Source of the DNA: Candidatus Saganbacteria bacterium
GTDB lineage: Bacteria > Margulisbacteria > WOR-1 > JAKLHX01
Assembly: GCA_026387835.1 (NCBI GenBank)
Contig: JAPLKZ010000010.1
Span: 60,001-92,000 of the forward strand
Length of the DNA stretch: 32,000 bases
Direction: 5' to 3'
Shown: piece after piece, positions 25,103-32,000 of the stretch
How positions within the stretch are numbered: position 1 is the stretch's first letter
How the letters are laid out: each line of letters begins with the position of its first letter
Notes under the pieces: model-generated
Seen by the model: only the letters and a program-made list of their open reading frames with translations
Told to the model about the DNA's origin: nothing
Database searches by the model: none
Made by a program: the position numbers and the translations under genes

Positions 25103-26254
25103 CTAAAAGAACGGATCAACAGACTGAGTGAGTTCGATATCCTCCATTTTTATCCTGCCCGCCATAAGATCATCGAGAAGGTTGTTCGCATTTTCGCGAA
25201 GGCATGTGTGATCCCTGCACATATATAAAGAGGTGAAAGCCATCTGCCTTCTAACCCTGTCTACACTGTGCCAGACCCGTTCAAATGTGTGAGAATCGTC
25301 GAGCTGGCCGATAACAGCCTGGTTCACCCCGCGGTAATCAGTACATGAATACAGCGTGCCGTTAGCTCCCACAAGGACTTTAAGAAGACTCGACGGGCAC
25401 ACCGTAAATTGACGGGGGACATGCCCGATATTTTCAAAGACCCCGGCTTTTCCGAGTTTCATCGGCGACCAGTCAGAGCCCGTTACGCGTGCGATCTCCG
25501 CTTCTTCCTCTCCGGAGAGAGGGAACATGGATTTGGAGGCAGGGTCCCTTGCGGGGATCAGTAGATGGCTTGCAACGCCGGCCTGTTTAAGGGCTGAAGC
25601 AAGCGGCGCGATGTCGAACACATTGTTCTGCGTATGTATCCTTTCTTCCGCGGACCTGCAAAATATCACGGTCGACACAAGTATCCTTATCCCCCTGGAA
25701 GACAAAAGGGAAAAATTATCAATAAGTTTCTGAAACGGCACATCGCCGTTCGTATGCTTAATATATTTGTCTCCATACTGGTTCATTGAGACTCTTATCG
25801 AAGAACCGGCGACCTGCTGAACTGCTACAAGGGCATCGATATGCTTATCAAGCGTGCTTCCGTTGCTGACCAGGGATATTGCTATCCCGAGCTTTGCCGC
25901 GTGCATGCAAAAATCATCAAAATATTCATATAAAGGCACTTCTCCTCCCATTATCATAAAACCTTCGATTCCAAACCTGGAGGCGTAATCCAGCAGGTCG
26001 CTTGCTATGTTCCACGGCATGCTTATTTCATCTCTTCTGAACGCGACATTGGAATCGACGCAACCCACGCATTTATAATTACAACGCCACGTCAGATCGG
26101 CTGTCATGAATATCGGCGGTATTTTCGCCAGTTTCCCCACATCCATCCCTGAATTTGCCAGAGCGGCAATTCTTGCAGAATGACGTCGAGAGAATATGTG
26201 CCTGCTTTCATAAGAAGCCGGGATTATCTTAGGTAAAATTGATGTTTTATTCAT
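25103..26254 (-). CDS. Radical SAM protein with a C-terminal SPASM-like cysteine region
   Basis: 383 aa; PIFMTADLTWRCNYKCVGCVDSN (CX3CX2C), EGFMIMGGEVPLY, VSLVSNGSTLD-like ISLVSNGSTL; C-terminal TVCPSS...GTLYSCTDYRG...GQLDD...CRDHTCLREN. Confidence 0.85.
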   Translation of the reverse strand: MNKTSILPKIIPASYESRHIFSRRHSARIAALANSGMDVGKLAKIPPIFMTADLTWRCNYKCVGCVDSNVAFRRDEISMPWNIASDLLDYASRFGIEGFMIMGGEVPLYEYFDDFCMHAAKLGIAISLVSNGSTLDKHIDALVAVQQVAGSSIRVSMNQYGDKYIKHTNGDVPFQKLIDNFSLLSSRGIRILVSTVIFCRSAEERIHTQNNVFDIAPLASALKQAGVASHLLIPARDPASKSMFPLSGEEEAEIARVTGSDWSPMKLGKAGVFENIGHVPRQFTVCPSSLLKVLVGANGTLYSCTDYRGVNQAVIGQLDDSHTFERVWHSVDRVRRQMAFTSLYMCRDHTCLRENANNLLDDLMAGRIKMEDIELTQSVDPFF

Positions 26255-26315
26255 GTGTTTGCATTCCTAATTGTTATCGAACACGTTTTTGGGAAATTTC
26301 ATTAAATCGTTCCGT

Positions 26316-26343
26316 TTGACAATTACCCGGGTTAATATATAAT
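26316..26343 (+). promoter_or_regulatory. Sigma-70-type promoter for the histidine kinase/response regulator operon
   Basis: TTGACA (26316-26321) - 16 nt - TATAAT (26338-26343); ATG at 26366. Confidence 0.65.
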
Positions 26344-26365
26344 AATTTAAGAAGAAAAATTAAAA

Positions 26366-27187
26366 ATGCCCACAGAAATTGAAATAAATGCGGAAAATAC
26401 CGCAGGTTGTTTTCAGGCTGACAACCAATACCAGATGATCCAGGCCGAAAAGATGGACATTATCGGCAAGCTGGCAGGTAATGTCGCGCATGAGGTTAAA
26501 AATCCCCTTGAGATCGTGATGCTGGGCATCGAGTATCTGCAGAAAGTGATGAAAAATGACGGGCCTAAAAATCTGGGCATATTAAATAAAATGAAGGACG
26601 CTGTGCTCAGGGTGGATTCTTCCGTGCGCAACCTTCTTGATTTCTCAAGGATAACAAATGTGGATTTTATGGACTGCAATATCGAAAACATCATTGAAGC
26701 CTCCCTCGATCTGGTCAGCAAGCAGTTGTCTTTGAATAACATAGTTTTGGTCAAAGAATTCAAATGCAAGCATCCGGTCGTAAGGGCGGATGAGAACCGT
26801 CTGAAGCAGGTCTTTATCACGCTTTTTTTGAATTCGATCAATGTCATGTCTGGGGGCGGTACTTTGTCGGTAAGGATCAGGAATAGTAAGTTCGGCGATA
26901 TCAAACATGAGACCATTGAAAAAGCGGCGCGGCTTTTTGACCCCGAAAAGACCGCCGTTGTCTGCGAAGTGGAAGATACCGGCAAAGGGATACCGCAGGA
27001 TAAATTAGGCAGGGTGTTCGATCCTTTCTTCTCGAATAAACACCTTGATGAAGGTTTAAGCCTGGGGACCGCAAAATGCATCGTTGACGGCCACGGCGGC
27101 TTGATCGGCCTGGAAACCGAAGAGGGCAAGGGAACGAAACTGACGATCGTCCTTCCCGCACATCTAGGTTCAAAAAATACAGTCTGA
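26366..27187 (+). CDS. Soluble sensor histidine kinase without a recognisable sensor domain
   Basis: 273 aa; H-box GNVAHEVKNPLEIV, N-box VFITLFLNSINVM, G-boxes DTGKGIPQDKLGRVFDPFFSNK and GLSLGTAKCIVDGHGG. Confidence 0.93.
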   Translation: MPTEIEINAENTAGCFQADNQYQMIQAEKMDIIGKLAGNVAHEVKNPLEIVMLGIEYLQKVMKNDGPKNLGILNKMKDAVLRVDSSVRNLLDFSRITNVDFMDCNIENIIEASLDLVSKQLSLNNIVLVKEFKCKHPVVRADENRLKQVFITLFLNSINVMSGGGTLSVRIRNSKFGDIKHETIEKAARLFDPEKTAVVCEVEDTGKGIPQDKLGRVFDPFFSNKHLDEGLSLGTAKCIVDGHGGLIGLETEEGKGTKLTIVLPAHLGSKNTV

Positions 27188-27200
27188 AAAGGAGGAAGAC

Positions 27201-27599
27201 ATGAAAGCAATAAAGTTATTGTTTGTCGATGACGAGGTGGCGCTAGTCCAGATGATAAAGATTAATCTCGAGGCAATCAAGAAATATAAAGTAAAAACGG
27301 AATCCAACAGCCAGAATGCCCTGTCGGCGGCAAAAAGGTTCAAACCTGATTTTATTTTTCTGGATATAATGATGCCTGTTCTTGACGGCTACGGGGTGCT
27401 TAAACTTTTAAAAGAGGACCGCGAGACCCGGTCGATCCCCGTTATCATGCTTTCAGCCGTCACTACCGACGATGCCAAGATCAGATCTGCAGGCCTTTTT
27501 GACGAATATTATCTTGAGAAACCGGTCTCCACAGAGACGATAGAAGCCGTGATCGAAAAGATAATGAGCAGAAAATCGGGATCGGCAAATAAGCCCTGA
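27201..27599 (+). CDS. Stand-alone response regulator receiver domain
   Basis: 132 aa; LLFVDDEV, PDFIFLDIMMPVLDGYGVL, VIMLSAVT, YYLEKPVS; no output domain. Confidence 0.94.
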   Translation: MKAIKLLFVDDEVALVQMIKINLEAIKKYKVKTESNSQNALSAAKRFKPDFIFLDIMMPVLDGYGVLKLLKEDRETRSIPVIMLSAVTTDDAKIRSAGLFDEYYLEKPVSTETIEAVIEKIMSRKSGSANKP

Positions 27600-27695
27600 A
27601 AATAATCCGTCGCATTAGGGCGATTATTCGTTGTTCTTCTTTTGTTTCAACACCCCCATGTTTGTTGTATAATATCCTCAAGGAGGATCTAAATA

Positions 27696-28250
27696 ATGAA
27701 ATTCTTGAAATGGCTTTTTATCGATCTTGCTGTTATCGTCCTCGCTGTTCTGGCATTTCTTTATTATATGGGGGCTTTCAGTGACCCGATAATATCGCAA
27801 CGGGAGTTCGGTCCGTACACGTTCGTTTACGAAAACTTTATAGGACCTTACAACCAGGCCGGTAAAGTAATAGATAAACTCTGTTGGTCGCTGAAGCTGG
27901 ACGGGTTCAGTACCGTGAACGCTATCGGCATCTATTATGACGATCCGTCAAAGGTCAGCAAGGATAAGTTAAGGAGCAATTTGGGCTGCGTGCTGGAAGC
28001 CAAGGATATCAAGAGGTTCATTCCGTTAAAGAAAAAATATAAGACCTGGACCATTAAGAAAAAACAATGCGTCATCGCGGAATTCCCGTTCAAGAATTTT
28101 CTTTCATATATGATCGCTCCCATGAAAGCCTATCCCGTTCTGATGAAATATGTCTCGGCAGAAGGATATAAACCCTCGGCTCCTATCGAGTTCTATGATA
28201 TGAAGAACGGAAAGATACTCTTTATTATGGAGTCAATAAAGCGGAAATAA
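27696..28250 (+). CDS. Membrane-anchored GyrI-like small-molecule-binding domain protein
   Basis: 184 aa; N-terminal TM helix WLFIDLAVIVLAVLAFLYYMG, then AIGIYYDDPSKVSKDKLRSNLGCVL as in GyrI-like domains; RBS AAGGAGG. Confidence 0.65.
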   Translation: MKFLKWLFIDLAVIVLAVLAFLYYMGAFSDPIISQREFGPYTFVYENFIGPYNQAGKVIDKLCWSLKLDGFSTVNAIGIYYDDPSKVSKDKLRSNLGCVLEAKDIKRFIPLKKKYKTWTIKKKQCVIAEFPFKNFLSYMIAPMKAYPVLMKYVSAEGYKPSAPIEFYDMKNGKILFIMESIKRK

Positions 28251-28263
28251 AAAAGGTTTTTCT

Positions 28264-28292
28264 TTGCAAATCCTTGACATATTCTGTATAAT
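28264..28292 (+). promoter_or_regulatory. Candidate promoter for the 28329 gene and possibly tRNA-Arg
   Basis: TTGCAA (28264-28269) - 17 nt - TATAAT (28287-28292). Confidence 0.4.
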
Positions 28293-28328
28293 CATTGAAA
28301 AGCCCGGTATTTTTGAAAGGAGAATCAT

Positions 28329-29195
28329 ATGAAGATAGGTTCAAGGGAAGTTTTTGACTGCCTCGAAGTAGCTTTTGACCTGAAGAAAGTCCTGTTCGTG
28401 TTCCTGGGAGCCGCGGCCGCGTTCCTTGGCGCCATGCTTTTGTTGTGGCTTGGCAATATCCCGAAGAATTTCGCCCTGGCGGTCATTCTGCAGGTCATCG
28501 CCGCCATATATTTTTACATTGTTATGATCGGTGTTTGCGGCGGGACAAGCATTATGGTTTATAAGGAGCTCACGACCGGCGAGAAACTTTCCGTTAAGGA
28601 CGCGATGTCCTTTTCAACTAAAAATCTTTTGGCGCTGGCCCTGTCCCCTGTCGTCTGGCTCGCCGTTTCCGCAGTGGTCCTGCTGGCCGAATATGCGGTA
28701 TTCATGATCGGTAAATTCAGCGCGGGCCAGATAATCCTGTCACTTTTGACCGTTCCTGTCATTTTATTGAACGCTTTCCTGCTCCTGTTCCTGCTGTTCG
28801 GCACATTGCTGCTTTTTGAAATAATCGCGGTCGACGGCGCGTCGGCTCTTTCCGCTGTCGGGAAGCTATACGCCCTTACAAAAAAAGCGCCTCTCCAGAT
28901 ACTGATGTGCCTGGTACCGGTATCGATAGTCGGGGTGCTGGCAGGCGCTTTCGCATTCACCATATTTCTCGGGTCGAATATCATAAGCCTCGTTATTTTC
29001 GGTTCGGCATCCGGACTTTTTGCCGCGATGGCCGCGGTAGAGATACCGTCCTTTTCCCCCGCGACACAGGCGGCATGGGCCATCTTCTCATTTTTTGTCT
29101 CGATACTGTCCGGACTGATCATCTCTTATCTTTTTGTATTCCTTAAGACTTCCTGCGTTTCTATCTACATGAGCGTGAAAGAGCGTATCAAGTAG
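28329..29195 (+). CDS. Multi-pass integral membrane protein, hypothetical
   Basis: 288 aa with about six hydrophobic helices; RBS AAAGGAG upstream. Confidence 0.8.
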   Translation: MKIGSREVFDCLEVAFDLKKVLFVFLGAAAAFLGAMLLLWLGNIPKNFALAVILQVIAAIYFYIVMIGVCGGTSIMVYKELTTGEKLSVKDAMSFSTKNLLALALSPVVWLAVSAVVLLAEYAVFMIGKFSAGQIILSLLTVPVILLNAFLLLFLLFGTLLLFEIIAVDGASALSAVGKLYALTKKAPLQILMCLVPVSIVGVLAGAFAFTIFLGSNIISLVIFGSASGLFAAMAAVEIPSFSPATQAAWAIFSFFVSILSGLIISYLFVFLKTSCVSIYMSVKERIK

Positions 29196-29203
29196 TAGCG
29201 GAT

Positions 29204-29276
29204 GCGCTCGTAGCTTAACGGATAAAGCGTTCGCCTACGAAGCGAAAGATTGAGAGTTCAATTCTCTCCGAGCGCA
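29204..29276 (+). tRNA. tRNA-Arg(ACG)
   Basis: Acceptor GCGCTCG/CGAGCGC + A; D stem GCTT/AAGC; anticodon arm TTCGC-CTACGAA-GCGAA (ACG); T-arm GAGAG-TTCAATT-CTCTC; no encoded CCA. Confidence 0.95.
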
Positions 29277-29298
29277 GTTTTTATATTTTGTGATGCCG

Positions 29299-30468
29299 CT
29301 ATTTTGGATTTTGTTTGAGTGGTTTGAGTGTCGGATAAAAAGGTTCGATATCTTCTTCTTCCCCGGCCGGCTCGATCTGCTTCAATTTCAAAACAGGGGG
29401 TTCGACGACATGAGTTTCGGGCTTTGGCTCAGGCGAAAATCCTATAGAAAAGTAATGCGTCGTGTTGTCCGAAATATCCCCGTACCTGTGATAAGCGTAA
29501 TCGAACGAGAAAGGCGCTAATTTGAATCCCACGCCGAACGTCATGTTCGTCTCTGTACCCATTCCGGACGTGTCCGCAGCGGCCTGCTGGTCAAGCCCTG
29601 CTCTTATCGCGAGGTATTTGTTCATCTTCCATTCAAGCCCGGTATGGAAAAGCGCCGGATAATTGTCCTGGTCCATGTTCTTTTCCGCGTCAAGAAGCAC
29701 CGTAAGGTCCCACGTTGAATATTTTTTTATCGCGCTCTCTCCCAGCACGCGCACTGCAAGACCTCCTTTAAAGTACGCCGGTATCCCTTCGGCGACCCCG
29801 TTCTTTTTCCAGATAAATCTGCCCCCCATGCTGGAAGGGATCACATTTGTCACAACTAAACCTATATCAAGCCATTTTCGCGCCTTCAGCTTGAGGCCGA
29901 TATCCATATCGAGGCCCGTGCCGCTGGCCCCGTCAAGCGCTCCGGACGACTGTGAAAAATACTGGGTAAAATATTTGAGGGTCGCTCCGAAAGAGACGTT
30001 CTTTAATTTTTCGCTCCTGAAAAGCGAGCTCAGTCTGTTGGCGTATGACAGAAGGAATACGTTCGATGAAAAATCTGTCGTCGAATAGACCTCGGGCCTG
30101 TCGACCCCGCCCGAACTTGTCCATCTTGTGAGAGGGATCGAGCTTATCCCCGAAGACACAAAGCCCGCTCCGAGATATCCTGCCGGGACCGGTATCGCAC
30201 AGCCGATGACAGTATAATTCACATCACCTATCAACGCGGCACGCATCGAAGTAAAATCAAAACCTTTGATCTGGGTCAGGCCGGAGGGGTTTAAAAATAT
30301 CGCGGCCGCGTCATCCGCAAGACCGATGTATGCTTTGCCCATCGCAAGCGACCTCGCGCCCACGCCGATTATTGAAGGGTCCACCATCGAAGCCGCAAGC
30401 GCAGGGCCCGTGGCAAGCATCATAAAAAGGACGGCTGCCGCCGCTGAATTTTTTAAAGATATTCTCAC
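29299..30468 (-). CDS. PorV/PorQ-like outer-membrane protein (second paralogue)
   Basis: 389 aa; signal peptide, VDPSIIGVGARSLAMGKAYIGLADDAAAIFLNPSGLTQIKGFDFTSMRAAL, barrel-like pattern, FDYAYHRYGDISDNTTHYFSIGFSP end. Confidence 0.7.
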   Translation of the reverse strand: MRISLKNSAAAAVLFMMLATGPALAASMVDPSIIGVGARSLAMGKAYIGLADDAAAIFLNPSGLTQIKGFDFTSMRAALIGDVNYTVIGCAIPVPAGYLGAGFVSSGISSIPLTRWTSSGGVDRPEVYSTTDFSSNVFLLSYANRLSSLFRSEKLKNVSFGATLKYFTQYFSQSSGALDGASGTGLDMDIGLKLKARKWLDIGLVVTNVIPSSMGGRFIWKKNGVAEGIPAYFKGGLAVRVLGESAIKKYSTWDLTVLLDAEKNMDQDNYPALFHTGLEWKMNKYLAIRAGLDQQAAADTSGMGTETNMTFGVGFKLAPFSFDYAYHRYGDISDNTTHYFSIGFSPEPKPETHVVEPPVLKLKQIEPAGEEEDIEPFYPTLKPLKQNPK

Positions 30469-30623
30469 AAGATATATTGTAGTCTTTCAGTTCCATATAA
30501 GTCAAGATAAACCTGCCGGGACGCGGTTTTCAATAAAAAGCTTTCCAAAAAATATCAGGCGTTATATAATAAAATAACTGAAATTTTGGAAAAATACAGC
30601 GGATAGTTAATGGGGAGAAAAAT

Positions 30624-31991
30624 ATGGGCATGACCGCCGGTCAAAACATGTTCTTGGATATTTCACTGAATATAAATCTGATGCTGAACCCCCGCATGCT
30701 GCAGATGCTGAACGTTCTGAACCTTCCGTATGCCGAGCTCGTAGAAAAGATCAAAACGGAAGCCGAAGAAAATCCGCTTATCGAAATCGAACGCAGGGAC
30801 GCGATGATAGAATACCTGAGATACCACAGCAGCACGCCCCTGAAAGAGACCCCTTCCGGCCTTCCGGAAGAAGGAAGCGAGGCCGGTTTTGAGCATTACA
30901 TACAAAAGGGCGTCGAACTTGTGCCCCATCTCATGTCGCAGGCCGGACTGCTCGATATTTCCGAAAAGGAAAAAGAGATCGTGACCGAACTTATAAAGCA
31001 TCTCGACATCAACGGCTATATCAGGGACTGGGAAAGCGTTTCACCGGCCGTTATGAGCGCTCTCGGCGCCGCGGAAAAAGAGATCGAAGAAGCGCTCGGC
31101 CTTTTGCAAGGCCTTGAGCCTGACGGCATCGGCGCGAGAGACCTGAAAGAATGCCTTCTGATCCAGATCAGCGAATATGATTTTGAAGACGAGACCCTGG
31201 TAAAGCTGCTTAAGAAAGCCGTTTCCTCCCATCTGGACGAGATCGCTTCCAGAGACCTGGCCGCTATCTCAAAGTCGCTTGACATAACCGAAGAAGGGGC
31301 GCTCCAGATATGCGATTTCATAAAGAACAACCTGACCCCTTATCCTGGAGCCGCGTTCTCTTCATCCGCGACCCCGGCCATTCCGTCATTTTCCGTAAAA
31401 AAAGAAGGGCCGGAAATAAAACTGGTGAACCTTGAGACCAGATACGGGCCTGTCATCAAGCTGAGCCCTCAGTACCTGAAGATGCTTAAGGACCCCGGGA
31501 CCGACGCGGCGACCGTCTCGTTCATCAAGGAAAAGATAGACAAGGCCAACGAGCTCATCGAGCAGCTTGCAAAGCGCGGCGAAACGCTTGAAAAGATCGC
31601 TGTAGAGATCACCGAAAAACAAAAGGATTATCTTTTCGGAAAGTCCGCTCACCCGGCCCCTCTGCTTCAAAAAAGCATCTCGGCAAAGTTCGGCATCCAT
31701 CCCTCGACCGTCAGCAGGGCCGTTTCCGAAAAATATATCGAGACGCCGAAAGGCGTGATCAGCCTTAAGTCCCTTTGCCCGAAAGAGATACTGGGGACGA
31801 CCACCAATTCTCTCAGGGAAAAGGTACTTCAATTGATCTCAGCAGAGGACAATAAGGCCCCGTTGTCGGACTCCGACATACAAAGGCTGCTTTCAGCCCG
31901 GGGCTTTGACATAAAAAGAAGGACCGTGACCGATTACAGGAAAAAACTTTCCATCGGCACGGTCGCAGAGCGTAAGAAAGGCAAGCCGTGA
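30624..31991 (+). CDS. rpoN: RNA polymerase sigma-54 factor
   Basis: 455 aa; N-terminal INLMLNPRMLQMLNVLNLPYAELVEKIKTEAEENPLIEI; FGIHPSTVSRAVSEKYIETPKGVISLKSL; RpoN-box-like RRTVTDYRKKLSIGTVAERKK. Confidence 0.94.
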   Translation: MGMTAGQNMFLDISLNINLMLNPRMLQMLNVLNLPYAELVEKIKTEAEENPLIEIERRDAMIEYLRYHSSTPLKETPSGLPEEGSEAGFEHYIQKGVELVPHLMSQAGLLDISEKEKEIVTELIKHLDINGYIRDWESVSPAVMSALGAAEKEIEEALGLLQGLEPDGIGARDLKECLLIQISEYDFEDETLVKLLKKAVSSHLDEIASRDLAAISKSLDITEEGALQICDFIKNNLTPYPGAAFSSSATPAIPSFSVKKEGPEIKLVNLETRYGPVIKLSPQYLKMLKDPGTDAATVSFIKEKIDKANELIEQLAKRGETLEKIAVEITEKQKDYLFGKSAHPAPLLQKSISAKFGIHPSTVSRAVSEKYIETPKGVISLKSLCPKEILGTTTNSLREKVLQLISAEDNKAPLSDSDIQRLLSARGFDIKRRTVTDYRKKLSIGTVAERKKGKP

Positions 31992-32000
31992 ACAAGCCTA

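Noticed and set aside
23329-26254. RiPP biosynthetic cluster around the two radical SAM genes
   Set aside because: No plausible precursor peptide, leader-recognition domain, peptidase or exporter; the short ORFs nearby are antisense shadows.
28273-28292. TTGACA...TATAAT at 28274-28292 as a promoter
   Set aside because: The spacing between boxes is only about 7 nt; the TTGCAA-N17-TATAAT reading is more plausible.

Overview
This 32 kb window looks like a bacterial chromosome with mostly housekeeping genes and a few less ordinary blocks. In order: a partial aldose-1-epimerase-like gene (- strand, runs off the left edge, absent from the ORF track); a GAF-ANTAR regulator followed by gdhA; a TIGR03960/TIGR03936-type radical SAM pair; a NahK/APH-like kinase; trpF and trpC; rsmH plus an FtsL-like gene; a PorV-like outer-membrane protein; gltX; a three-gene block (PIG-L-type deacetylase with a novel N-terminal half, divergent NagB-like protein, unknown protein); speB and speD; an S1-domain protein; pyrF; trpA; rimO; tRNA-Ser(GCU); an ankyrin-repeat gene flanked by ~160-bp direct repeats; a B12-type radical SAM protein; a SPASM-like radical SAM protein; a minimal histidine kinase/response regulator pair; a membrane-anchored GyrI-like protein; a multi-pass membrane protein; tRNA-Arg(ACG); a second PorV-like protein; and rpoN. 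The best leads for something undescribed are: (1) two tandem hairpins with matching A-N-N-G-U-C-C loops between the GAF-ANTAR gene and gdhA, a candidate ANTAR-responsive leader; (2) the tRNA-Ser-adjacent ankyrin cassette, bracketed by structured direct repeats and carrying a 17-nt homopolymer in its coding region; (3) the PIG-L/NagB-like/unknown cluster with altered NagB catalytic motifs; and (4) the convergent radical SAM pair with an atypical CX4CX2C motif. I found no CRISPR array, rRNA, transposase or recognisable defence system. All family assignments come from reading motifs, not from database searches.
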